Of a stretch of 64,000 nt of DNA, positions 26,509-38,835 are shown in pieces. Numbering within the stretch: the stretch's first letter is position 1; every line of letters begins with the position of its first letter. The notes beneath the pieces are model-generated. The model saw only the letters and a list, made by a program, of their open reading frames with translations. It did no database searches and was not told the DNA's origin. Origin of the DNA: Octopus vulgaris (Eukaryota); assembly GCA_951406725.2 (NCBI GenBank), contig OX597836.1:24490001-24554000 (forward strand). The letters run 5' to 3'. The translations under genes and the position numbers were made by a program.

Positions 26509-27536
26509 TAATTGTATGCATATATATATACATACATAAACACACATACATACATACATACACACACATACATACATACATACATACATACATACATACA
26601 TACATACATACATACATACATACATACATACATACATACAAACATACATACAATTTCTGATGTACCTAAAATTAAATAGTTCTGCCTCTGACATATCTGA
26701 CATATTCATCCTGACGTATCTAATTCTCCCACACTTGTGATACTCACTCTTGCCAATGCCTGCTTGTGACACACCTAGAACAGACACATCTTTCTGCTAT
26801 CGATATAATTAACGTATCTTATCTTGATAACCGTACCCAAAAAGAATCTATATTCAATTGAAATTTACGTCCTACTTGAAGAAGGAAATATAATCTAACG
26901 GCAATTGCCTCTCAATTTAAAACGAGATATTTAAGAATTAGTGTCTAAAAGTTTATTTTACATGCGATGCCCAGTTTTCTCTAATGATTATGCATATTAC
27001 ACTAACCAAATATCTTCGGGGTTTTTCACCTTTTTTTTTTTTCATAAAAACTTTTGTTTACTGACTATTCTACGCTGATGAGGTCAAGTAGATCAAAACA
27101 TGTCTTTAGTTTTCTCCCTTGCCAATAACAAACATCAGGTATCCCTTTCCAAATGGAAGGCAATTAACATGTATAAATTAATTGTTAATTTCAATAAATT
27201 ATGAGGCAGGAAGCTGGCAGAATCGATAGCAGACCAGACCAAATACCTCTCGGCATTTTGTCAGCCTTTACTCAGTTCAAATTCTGCCGGCGTCGATTTT
27301 ACTTTATATCTTTTCAGGATCGTTAAAATAAGTAACAGTTTAGCACTGAGGTTGATGTAATCGATTTGGCTTCTCCCACTGAAATTGATGGCTTTGTGCC
27401 AATATTAGAAACCATTTTCTATAAATTATCTCCCGTCTTCTTAAGGAGCACAAGGAATCATGAAGTTAATTACTGGAATATTAATACTCTTATATACACA
27501 ATCACTATTACTCTTAAAGAACAGCAAGGATAAATC

Positions 27537-27943
27537 TACTCTTTTACTCTTTTACATGTTTCAGTCATTTGACTGCGGCCATGCTGGAGCACCGCCTTTA
27601 GTCGAGCAAATCGACCCCGGGACTTATTCTTTGTAAGCCCAGTACTTATTCTATCGGTCTCTTTTGCCGAACCGCTAAGTGACGGGGACGTAAACACACC
27701 AGCATCGGTTGTCAAGCAATGCTAGGGGTACAAACATAGACACACAAACACATACATATACACATATATATACATATATACGACAGGCTTCTTTCAGTTT
27801 CCGTCAACCAAATCCACTCACAAGGCATTGGTCGGCCCGGGGCTATAGCAGAAGACACCTGCCCAAGATGCCACGCAGTGGGACTGAACCCGGAACCATG
27901 TGGTTGGTTAGCAAGCTACTTACCACACAGCCACTCCTGCGCC
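27537..27943 (-). mobile_element. SINE family A, full length
   Basis: Reverse complement of the family consensus, including the ggcgcaggagtggc head. Confidence 0.92.
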
Positions 27944-27949
27944 TACAGT

Positions 27950-29920
27950 AAATAAAGTGACGAAATTACTAAACAGAAACCACCTAGGATGGAAAACAAA
28001 ACTTGAAAGCATCAAGAACGTGCGCCGCTATATCGGATGGGTAACTACAACAGCAAAATGTAAGGAGAAAAATGAGATAACAGTTCACCAACTCTACTTT
28101 AGACAAAAATTTACGAAACTCTATGGCAATTCTTCACGCTGAGCTCTTGAGGGAAAGCTAATCACTTTAAAACATGAACTCAGGACGATGAGCGAAAACC
28201 TCCGCTATCGCAAGCGAATTTTTGAACGAGCCAGTATCAATCGCAAGTTTGCTTCCAACTCACAAGCATTATGCAGAGAGATGAGGAAGGAAAGCATTAC
28301 CATTAAGAAAGATCCTTCCCAAGAAGATCCACAATCATTCTGGTAAAAAAACTTGGAACAAAAAGAGGGATTTCAACCTGAATGCATCATGGTCAAATAC
28401 AATTGAGAGAGAATACTGTACCAACACTAACAGTAAAACATACAAAATTGATGCAGACACCTTCACTATAGGCGTAGGGAAACTGCAGAACGGGAAGGCA
28501 CCTGGGAGGGACCCAATAGTTGGATATTGGTTACATGCTAGGATCTTCAACTGCTACAAATATCAATGTAACTCATAATTTCTTAGTAGACGATCTCAAG
28601 ATTTATGCTAAAAGTGTTAACAATGCCAAAAAAACAACTGGAATTAATAACAACATTTTCAGCTGATATAAGCATGGGATTTGGTCAAAAGAAGTGTTCA
28701 TATTTGGTTATAGAACGAGCAAAGTCAGTCCACCAAACTCAAAACCTGTGCATCAACGGTCTCTCTATCTCCCCCATTTCAGACAAAGAATGTTACCAGT
28801 ACCTTGGCATAGATGAAAATGTATCATATGAAGGCACAGTAAATAAAGATAGAGTGATCCGATAATGTTACACCAGACTTAGGAAAATATGGCAGTCGGA
28901 ACTCTCCTCTCACGACAAAACATTATCCCACAATGCATTTGCAGTACTAATGTTGATCCCAACATCTGGGATACTTAATTGGTCTGTAGAGGAAATTCAC
29001 TCCATAGATATCAAAACCCGCAAAATCCTGACAACTGGGAACTTCCACAGAAACAGAGATGTTGATAGGCTCTACCTAAGAAGAAATGAAGGAGGTATAG
29101 GCCTGAGATCAGTGCAGACGGCCTTCGAATGTCGTATGGTATCATTCAAGCTGCACCCAATGAACAACAGCAGCAAAAATAAATATATTAATGCAGTACT
29201 GAAAAGTGAAGTGAGCAACATCGTACGAGTAGGCAGTGAACTCCTCAAGAAACACTCTCTGCCTGATGATCTCCTATACACCCTCAAAACAGCTGGGCTC
29301 TCTTACCTCAGAGGAGACCTGGATGGAAAGCACTCACCATACAAAAAAAGACCATGCATAGTTAAGTTGCCCGGAAGCTTGAAGGAGACACTAGAATTGA
29401 CACAAAGCGCAGCCTCTCTTGGACGCAAGACCACTACATCGCATCGCACTTTGAAGGCTATGAGTTTGCAATCCAAGAACTGGGGATTGCTAGTAAGTAC
29501 CTGGTGAACAAGAGAGACAGTGACGCTCTTGTAATCCCAAGGTGCAGCCGCATGTGTAGGCTATGTCATGTTTCTGTGGAAGACGTCACGCATGTGATTA
29601 GCAGCTGTCCTAAAATGTCGTCACGGTACTACCACCTTATGCGGCACGATGTTGTTGCTAAAACAATTTACAATGCCATCCGCAAGAAAGACTGTCCTGA
29701 AATAAACTTAGAAAAATCTCTCTGTTATGGAAAGAGAAATCGACCCGCTGATTCGTACATTACAAATGCAATCTGTGAGTTGAACAGTAAAAATATGCAA
29801 GACTTTTCTCAAGTTCCAAATGTGAACTTGTCTAATTCCCAAACATGGAGCCTTGTCTCTTTGTTTGAAACCGGCTCCCTCCTCACTAGAAGATTTATAA
29901 TAATTAAGAAAAATAGAAAA
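27950..29920 (+). mobile_element. Degenerate, internally deleted R4/Dong-like LINE
   Basis: KAPGRDPIVGYW, FLVDDLKIYA, DISMGFGQKKC, YQYLGIDE, DVDRLYLRRNEGGIGL, CCHC knuckle CRLCHVSVEDVTHVISSC, RHDVVA. Multiple stops and frameshifts. Confidence 0.88.
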
Positions 29921-29934
29921 CATATATACATACA

Positions 29935-30315
29935 TTATTATTATGGCTGTCCCCTCGTTATCGAATATGGCCATTGCACGAAGCTTAACTGTTACTGGTG
30001 CTGTGATCGAATGTGACTTTTTCGCCCAGCTAAAGATCTACAATGTCTTGTATAAAATTGGCAACTAAAACCTTTACTGGTAATAGCCGGCTGTAGTTGT
30101 AACTGGGCTTCATGTACCTTTGCATGTCGTTTAAGTCCTCCTGCCGAATTACACTCTATTCCACATGCCCGACAGATATGATTAGTATGGTGTGTTACAC
30201 CACCACCAGTGGCCAGGTTGTCACTCGTCTGTCTCGTTTTATGACTACGAAGATGACTCTTGAGTCCAGCTTTACTGAGGCAGGGTCTTGCACAGACATT
30301 GCATGTCAGCATCAA
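29935..30315 (-). mobile_element. RTE-like LINE 3' end encoding three C2H2-like zinc fingers
   Basis: CNVC..CLSKAGLKSHLRSH / CRAC..CNSAGGLKRHAKVH / CQFY..CRSLAGRKSHIRSQH*, then a short tail ...cgaggggacagcc(ata)n. Confidence 0.65.
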
Positions 30316-30840
30316 ACATACATACATACATACATACATACATACACATAAACAGGCACACGTGCACGCCCACAGGCGCGTGCGTATGTGTATAAGTAAG
30401 AGGTGTAAATCGTCACAATTTCTCAGAATGTTAAAAAGAAACTGAAAGAAACACAAACAAAACATGTTACTAAATTGCTGACATGGACAGTTGACATAAA
30501 TTAATATTTTTATCTTTCTAATCTCTCTTTTCAGATTTTGGACTTTGTAACTTGAGTATTATTAGTCACTTTTGGCTGATTATATTTAGGCAGGATGAGC
30601 TAACAACAAAAACAGTCTGTTTCGAAGTTAATCCTTGTTATTATATCAACAAATAGTTCGTCTCCTTGTTTTTTGGTGAAACTTATCTGTCACTTTCCTT
30701 AATTATTTTGCACGAAATCTACGTTTATTCAGTTCGTTTCTTTCTAATAAGCCGTTGTCTTTCTATCACCGATGGTCCATTGATCCTTGTTCTCACAAAA
30801 AATTGTGGTTTTAAAAAAATTACCAAAACACTACAAACGG

Positions 30841-31120
30841 GAATTTATAACTAAAGTCGATCACGATGCGAACATCAAATTTCCTCGCTTTAATTTTACT
30901 CGTAAGTATTATTTTACATTTCGTTTTTGGATTTGGTTTGCAAGATTCTTTATTTGAGTTCGTGTGTTGAAGCATATTCTGTTGTGTCTGGGGAGAGTCA
31001 TTCTCTTTTGAGTGTGTTAAATAATAAGGTACTAAAAGAGAATGACTCTCCCCAGACACAACAGAATATTATTTTATATATATACTGTGAATTTCGTTAT
31101 ACTCTCTCACACGCAAACGC
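30841..31120 (-). repeat. ~280-bp dispersed repeat with an internal perfect hairpin (copy 2, inverted)
   Basis: Reverse complement of 15305-15584. Hairpin at 30974-31069. Confidence 0.9.
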
Positions 31121-31134
31121 ACACACACACACAC

Positions 31135-31170
<36 letters not shown>

Positions 31171-31688
31171 ACACACACCCAGTAGCGTAGCTAGAGTGTT
31201 TGCCGTCTACTTCCAACCCGGGCCTTCTATCCTACACAACAAACCCAAAAGTGTTACCCCATAAAAGCGTCGCTTGGGACAGGCCTCCCCATTCACCTTC
31301 TCCCCACTCCCCACTCACCCTTTTCATAGTTCATGTTGTAACATATTTTGTTTTGTCATTTCCGTTTTACATTTTATTTATTTATATTTTTACCCTATCA
31401 ATTTTAATCTAAAATTGACCTTATGGTAAATACAGAAATTATTATTATTATTATTATTATTAGTTTAAAGCAGTGAGCTGGCGCAATCGGTAGCACGCGG
31501 GACAAAATGCTTAGGAGCGTCTTTATGTTCTGGGTTCAAATTCCACCGAGGTCTATTCTGCCTTTCATCTATTCAGGGTCGATATAAAGTAAGTAGCAGT
31601 TGGGTACTGGGGTCCGTGTAATCGATTTTTCCACCTCCCTCAAAATTGTGGCCTTGTACCAAACTTTGAAACTGTTATTATTGTTATT

Positions 31689-32709
31689 GGATCTGTTCAG
31701 TTTGGTTCATAGATGTTTTAGTTAATTTTTTTTTAACTAAACAGTTTGAAACTACGTATACTGGTGGAATGTCTCATGCAGAACACGGTTTACTTTGAAC
31801 ATTTTTGACAAATTTGGTACTTTAGAAGTTATTTCGTGTTAAAGTTGTATTTGGGTAATTTCAACCAATCAACAACATGTATTCGGTTGAAGAAAGCTAT
31901 TTCTGTTTGCGATAGTAATCGAAGAGGAACAACTTCCGGGTCAGCTCTACTAAATGTCACCACTCTCTTCTATTCGTATGACGTGCGAAGATGATGCCAC
32001 CTTTATCCTTTCTTCCTTTCTAGTCATCACCATGCATTCCTTACTCTTTCCCTCCCTTCTACACTATCAAGTAGCAACCAGCGAGAGAACTTGTCACTGC
32101 CACTACAATTACCGTATTTTCCGGTGTATAAGCCGCTACTTGTTTTGTTTTACCTTCATGTTTTGATAATGTTATCTTTTATCTAATAAAGACTTTTATA
32201 TTGACGAAATGTGTTTGTTGTTGACTATAGTAAGATGAAATCACAACAATAACAATACATCTCATAGTTGTAAAAGAAGGCATTTTGAAACTACATATAC
32301 GTCAACAACAAAACAAAGCTAACTGCGGACTCGTTGCTCTATAGGTCTGTTAAACACCGGCGCGCTTTATGTGTGGATAAAACAGCGATGTTGGGCAAAC
32401 AAATAAATATATGTAAATAATATTTCTTCCTTCTTGGTGTTGATTCTTCGAACAGAGTGGTGACATTTAGTAGAGATGACCCGGAAGTTGTTCCTCTTCG
32501 ATTACTATCGCAAACAGTAGTAGCTTTCTTCAACCGAATACACGTCGCTGATTGGTTGAAATTACCCAAATACGACAACTTTAACACGAAATAACATGTT
32601 CAAAGTAAACCGTGTTCTGCGTGAGCCATTCCACCAGTATACGAAGTTTCAAACTGTTTAGTTAAAAAAAATTAATTAAAAAAATCTGTGAGCCAAACTG
32701 AACAAAACC
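31689..32709. mobile_element. Long-TIR (~275 bp) non-autonomous DNA transposon related to 20317-20941
   Basis: ggatctgttcagtttgg...cactct (31689-31966) is inverted at 32454-32709. Shares aaactwcgtatactggtrgaatgt and aaccaatc with the 20.3-kb element. Possible TSD ttgttatt/ttattatt. Confidence 0.85.
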
Positions 32710-32758
<49 letters not shown>

Positions 32759-33379
32759 GGCGCACATGACGGAGACGTAACCCGACCCCTCCCCCACTTC
32801 AAAAACCTTTTTCAAATCTTTTTATGGAAAACCCACATTTTCGGATATGGAGATTCCGATTCTGAAAAACAATTTGCAAAAATCGCATTTCTAAATTTCA
32901 ATTCCACCGCGTTCGACTTTACCTTTCATCCTTACGGGGTCGATAAAATACGTACCAATTGAACACTGGGGTTGATGTCATCGGCTTACGCGCTTCCCCG
33001 AAATTGCTGGCCTTGTGCCAAAATTTGAAATCATCATTATTGTTGTTATTGTTGTAGACGTCGTCGTCGTCGTCGTTGTCGTTGTTGTTGTTGTTCTCAA
33101 GCTGTTACATGCTTCGATAATTAACAGGAATCTTTACTTGAGATTTTGGTGACACAACTCTCCTCAAATCTCAAGAATCTTTCTTAGGAATTTTGCAGAA
33201 GACAGGATTGCACTTTTCTGCACATCAACAGCGCCTATCTCAATTCCGTTCTGCCTCGGTTTCTTCCATAGCAATTGGAAAATTGTTCGAAGTACACCAA
33301 TAGTACACCATAATTTCAACAGTATGATCAGTCTTTATGGGGAAGTCCCATAAAATCCTATGTCATCACGTATCTACTG

Positions 33380-33710
33380 ATATGATACGATGTAGCTAGA
33401 ACGCTATATAATGAAATCTGTCAGAAGGATAATCCCGAGGACAAAGAAATAAGACCCACAAAATGGTATAAGTCATAGCCACTCATAATAAAAAGGAATA
33501 CTGGTGGAATGTCCCAGTGAAGACCTCAATAAAATATAAGCATAATAGACCTGACATAATGATTTGGGATAGAGTAGAGAAACTGTGTACAGTTGTGGAA
33601 ATCAGCTGCCCAGCGGATGTTTACATAAAGCTGAAGATCAGCGAAAAAGAAAACATCTACACTGAACTATTGGGAAATCTGCAGTTATTCTATCCAGATT
33701 ACAAGTTCCC
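33380..33710 (+). mobile_element. R4/Dong-like LINE endonuclease fragment
   Basis: KHNRPDIMIWDRVEKLCTVVEISCPAD (PD..E motif). Same family as 35110-35686. Confidence 0.8.
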
Positions 33711-33810
33711 ACTGAAACACGTTTAGTTCCTTCATATTAACTAAAGTATTATATAATTAAGGAAGTACATTAAATACCCAGCTGGACATATTAGTTATAT
33801 CCTTTAAGTA

Positions 33811-33951
33811 TTAGGTTGTCCCAAAAGTTCGTAAACACTTGCGAAAACTGAATTTTTACTCGTCAAGTACTAACAAAAACAACAAAAATTATTCATCAAA
33901 ATAAAGACCATTATTTTCCAAGACTTTCTACGAACTTTTGGGACAACCTTA
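33811..33951. mobile_element. Mariner-type MITE (~140 bp)
   Basis: TA-ttaggttgtcccaaaagttcgta ... tacgaacttttgggacaacctta-TA. Confidence 0.85.
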
Positions 33952-34271
33952 TATTATTTCGTGATGTGCAAACTGATGCCATGAGTTTACTGTAAGATAT
34001 ACTCATTGGGTTATTTTTGCATTTTCTGAAATAGAATACCCACTTATGGATTAATCCCCAAAAATTAAATATTGACTTTAATAAAATATTTTGTATATTT
34101 ATAGATAAATATATAAATATATAAATATACGATAAATAAGACTCCAAGGTACGATATGTAGATGCATATAACGCTGTAGGGTTACACCTGATTGATTTTA
34201 GCTGATTATATTTAAGCAGGATGAACTAACAACAAAAACGGCCTTAATTCCTAATTCTCAAAATAGATACC

Positions 34272-34495
34272 TATTTCTTTATTACCCACAAGGGGCTAAA
34301 CACAGAGGGGACAAACAAGGACAGACATAGGTATTAAGTCGATTACATCGACTCCAGTGCGTAACTGGTACTTAATTAATCGACCCCGAAAGGATGAAAG
34401 GAAAAGTCGACCTCGGCGGAATTTGAACTCAGAACGTAACGGCAGAGGAAATACGGCTACGCAATTCGTCCGACGTGCTAACGTTTCTGCCAGCT
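34272..34495 (-). mobile_element. SINE family C
   Basis: 10-bp TSD aatagatacc at 34262-34271 and 34496-34505. Confidence 0.9.
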
Positions 34496-34684
34496 AATAG
34501 ATACCGCTCAATGTTTTAATGAAACTGTTGGCCTTGTTCACTCCTTCGCATTGTACTTGTTTACATGTTTGTTTGTTTTTATATACAATGTCCTAAGCGC
34601 TTTTGGGCCCCTTGCACCACTTTATAATTCATATATAATTCAGGGTGGGAGTGTATTTGTGTATAAAGTATATGTGTATGCAGT

Positions 34685-35069
34685 GTGGAGGCGCAATGGC
34701 CCAGTGGTTAGGGCAGTGGACTCGCGGTCATAGGATCGCGGTTTCGATTCCCAGACCGGGCGTTGTGAGTGTTTATTGAGCAAAAATACCTAAAGCTCCA
34801 CGAGGCTCCGGCAGGGGATGGTGGTGATCCCTGCTGTACTCTTTCACCACAACTTTCTCTCACTCTTACTTCCTGTTTCTGTTGTACCTGTATTTCAAGG
34901 GGCCGGCCTTGTCACTCTCTGTGTCACGCTGAATATCCCGAGAACTACGTTAAGGGTGCACGTGTCTGTGGAGTGCTCAACCACTTACACGTTAATTTCA
35001 CGAGCAGGCTGTTCCGTTGATTCGGATCAACCGGAACCCTCGTCGTCGTAACCGACGGAGTGCTTCCAC
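34685..35069 (+). mobile_element. SINE family B, full length
   Basis: 15-bp TSD atatgtgtatgcagt at 34670-34684 and 35070-35084. Confidence 0.93.
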
Positions 35070-35109
35070 ATATGTGTATGCAGTATGCACGATTGTCATT
35101 GTTCAGTTT

Positions 35110-35686
35110 TATCTCAAGATTTCTCGCCAATAGAGAAAGAACCGGTTTCTAACCTAGATTCAAGGGTCCTTCATTGGAATTTCAGCATCAACAGGGTATT
35201 TTGCATGTATGTTTTTATGTGTGTATAAGTGCAGATTTGTATGTTTTGCTTTATGTATGTATTGTCATGCATATAGTTGCATATATAGACATGCTCATAT
35301 ATATTGAAATGATAAACTTCTGGAAAGTTTTACAGATTTTTACAGTTCCAGTGACGGATTGGATCTGTAGTCTTCGAATTAGCTTTCTCCTTTCTGGTTT
35401 TGAGAAGTCTAATTTCCCAAGATTGGTATGTTACTATCTCAGCGCCCCAATAATTACAGGTATAAACCTGAACTTGTAATCTGGATAGAGTAGCTGCAGA
35501 TTTCTCAATAGTTCAGCGTAGGTATTCTCTTTTTCACTGATCTTCAGTTTTGTTAACAACCGCTGGGCAGCTACTTTCCACAACTTTGCACACTTCCTCT
35601 TCTGTAACCCAAATCATTATATCAGGTCTGTTGTGCTTTCATTTTATTAAGGTCTTCACCGGGACATTCCACCAGTAATCCTTTTT
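35110..35686 (-). mobile_element. R4/Dong-like LINE 3' end
   Basis: Minus strand YWWNVPVKT...KHNRPDIMIW...IPVIIGAL...LIRRLQIQSVTGTVKICKTFQKF plus 3' UTR. Confidence 0.8.
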
Positions 35687-35840
35687 ATGTATTATGTATG
35701 TATGTATGTATGTATGTATGTATGTATGTATGTATGTATTATGTATTATGTATGTAAGCATGTATGTATTTATGTATGTTTGCATATATACATGCATGGG
35801 TGGTTATATATGTTTACTAATGTAAGGTATGCAAAAATGT

Positions 35841-35871
<31 letters not shown>

Positions 35872-36193
35872 GAGAGAGAGAGAGAGAGTAGGGTTAGTGT
35901 GAAGGTGTCCTCATGTATCAACTAGGGAATAGTTAAACTAAGTAATTAGTCAATATTTATAGTTTATTATTTCTGTGATTATAATTATTACCCCCCACAC
36001 ACACACTCGTTCTTTCTCTAGCTTTCTTTCTCTCCCTCTCTCTCTCCTTCCCAGTCTATATAAGGATGTGGTCTGATCCAATATAATCACAGTTGTCAGG
36101 GTCTCGTTCATTGAAGTGAAGAGCTGATGGTCACAATGGATGGGGGGAGAGGTCCGTTTCCTGGTCTTTGGCTCCAAATATCACCAAATGTTG

Positions 36194-36225
<32 letters not shown>

Positions 36226-36544
36226 AGTGGTCGTCGTCGTCGTCGTCATCGTCGTGAATAGGAGGAACAGCAAGAGAGTAGAGGATGGGGATGAAAATGA
36301 GAAGAGGAAGGGGAGAGGAGAGGAGGAGGAGGCGTATGCTCATGGTAATAATGATTCTTCCGTTGTTTTTGTTTGTCCCAAGTCAGCCTTGATTAAATAG
36401 ACTTATCATCGAAGGCGCTCCAGCGTGACCATCCTGTCATTATTCCAGACAGGCTATCTATAACCTAGGCTGTCTTTCTTTTAAGGTGACAGAGGGCGAT
36501 TTGAAAGACATTTAACTTCTATATTTGACAGGTCAAGCGATGAG

Positions 36545-36850
36545 GGATGATGTGTCTCGTTGTTGTTGTTGTTGTTGTTGATGATGATATTGTTGTTGTT
36601 GTTGTAGCTGTCGTTGGTTTTGATGATGACGACGACAATGATGATGATGCTGATGGTGGTGGTGGTGGTGGTGATGGTGGTGGTGGTGGTGGTGGTGGTG
36701 GTGGTGGTGGTGGTGGTGGTGGTGGTTGTGGTTGTGGTGGTGGTGGTGGTAGCAGTGGTGGTGGCGGTGGTGGTGACGATGATGATGGCGATGACGGGAA
36801 GGAGGCGAAGCATAGTAGTGATATTGTAGATAATGATGGTGACCATGATG
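36545..36850. repeat. Compound (GTT/GAT/GGT)n microsatellite
   Basis: Trinucleotide runs producing poly-V/G/P/T pseudo-ORFs. Confidence 0.9.
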
Positions 36851-37434
36851 TTTGCATTGATTTTTATCCTCATTTATCTTTTACATTTGGACTGCGGTCA
36901 TGCTGGGGCACCGCCTTGAAGTGTTTTGTCGACCAAATGAAACTCAGTAATCAGTTTTAAAACTTGCGCTTACTCTATCGATCTCTTTTTTTTTTGTTGA
37001 ACCACTAAATTACGGGAGCGTAAACAAACGAGTCCCGGATGTCAACATAAAGACAGCACATATAATAACACAAATGAGCTGAGATTCCCTACACCTGTTT
37101 CAGACCTGCTTTTAATGATGAACAAAACAATTACATCATAATAAAAAAAAAGACTCAAAAATTCTAGAATGCATTGTGACACTTTCATCACTCTCAATTG
37201 GCACCGAGATGAGAGAGACAAAATACATTCTAGAATTTTGCCATCAAAAAACCTGAATATTAAATTTTAGATTTTAGATTTTAATTCACTTGTAAAAAAC
37301 GGGTCTTTTTTTTCACATGATGTAATCGATTTGTATATCAAGAAAACACATATCAAGAAAACACATGTCTGAAACAGCTGTAGAACATTTGCGTTATTAT
37401 TTATGCTACACCACACTCCGAACTTTACCTTGGA

Positions 37435-38350
37435 CCTAAAGTGGATCTTGTGCCTAAACATCTTGAACCTAAACATCTTGAACCTAAACATCTTGAGCCT
37501 AAACATCTTGAACCTAAACATCTTCAACCTAAAGATTTTGAGCCAAAAGATCTTGAACCTAAAGATCTTCAACCTAAAGATTTTCAACCTAAAGATCTTC
37601 AACCTAAACATCTTGAGCCTAAACATCTTGAAACTAAAGATCTTGAACCTAAACATCTTGAACCTAAAGATCTTGTGCCTAAACATTTTGAACCTAAAGA
37701 TCTTGAGCCTAAAGATCTTGAGCCTAAAGATCTTGGACCTAAAGATCTTGAACCTAAACATTTTGAGCCTAAACATCTTGAACCTAAACACCCTGAACCT
37801 AAAGACCTTGAGCCTAAAGATCTTGAATCTAAACATCTTGAGCCTAAACATCTTTTAACTAAAGATCTTGAACCTAAACATCTTGAACCTAAACATCTTG
37901 AACCTAAACATCTTCAGCCTAAAGATCTTAACCTAAAGATCTTCAACCTAAACATCTTAAACCTAAACATCTTCAACCTAAACATCTTGAACCTAAAGAT
38001 CTTGAGCCTAAAGATCTTCAACCTAAAGATCTTCAACCTAAAGATCTTCAACTTAAAGATCTTGAGTCAAAAGATCTTGAGCCTAAAGATCTTGAACCTA
38101 AAGATCTTGAGCCTAAAGATCTTGAACCTAAACATCTTGAACCTAAACATCTTGAACCTAAACATCTTGAACCTAAACACCTTGAACCTAAAGATCTTGA
38201 GCCTAAATATCTTCAACCTAAAGATCTTCAGCCTAAAGATTTTCAACCTAAAGATCTTCAACCTAAACATCTTGAACCTAAACATCTTGAACCTAAACAT
38301 CTTGAACCTAAAGATATTCAGCCTAAAGATCTTGAGCCTAAAGTGGATCA
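37435..38350 (+). repeat. 15-bp minisatellite, ~60 units (cctaaa[c/g]atctt[g/c]a[a/g]), reading as (PK[H/D]L[E/Q])n
   Basis: Seen directly. One 14-bp unit near 37930 shifts the frame. Both ends carry cctaaagtggatc. Confidence 0.95.
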
Positions 38351-38835
38351 TGGATTGCATGCTAGAGTATATATATCGTTGTGTGATTTTACATATACGT
38401 TGAGTGTACCTGGTCTATACATGCGGATGTATGCATACGTGGAAGGACAAATCTGTATATGCTCTAGTATGTATGTTAGTCTCCATACACATTGTCGGTA
38501 CACACTGTCCTTAACTCTACCTGAATGTGCTTATTATTAAACTACCTCGATCCTATTGGATCCCGAAAATAATTGTGTGTGTATGTGTGCGTGTGTATAC
38601 GACTGGATTCTTTCAGCATCCGTCAACCAAATCTGCACGTAAAGCTTTGGTAGGCCTGAAACTATAGCAGAAGACACTTGTCTAATGTTCCATGCAGTGG
38701 GACTGAACCCAGAACTACGTGATTGGGATGCAAACTTCTTACCCCACAGTCTGTATTCATTGTTAATGTTTTTACTGTGATTATTAATTGATTTTTTTGT
38801 TATTTCTAATTTTACGTTTATCTCATTGTATTCAG

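Noticed and set aside
34685-34760. tRNA-like sequence (also at 6620-6696 and 50815-50890)
   Set aside because: These are SINE heads with a shared body and TSDs, not tRNA genes.
37267-38360. Minus-strand (MFRLK/IFRFK)n cationic amphipathic ORFs resembling antimicrobial peptides
   Set aside because: Alternative readings of the same 15-bp array, interrupted by a stop, with no signal peptide or splice context.
38788-38835. Apparent signal peptide MIFLLFLILRLSHCIQ
   Set aside because: It starts at TTG right after a stop and coincides with a T-rich tract ending in cag, so it is better explained as the 3' end of an intron.
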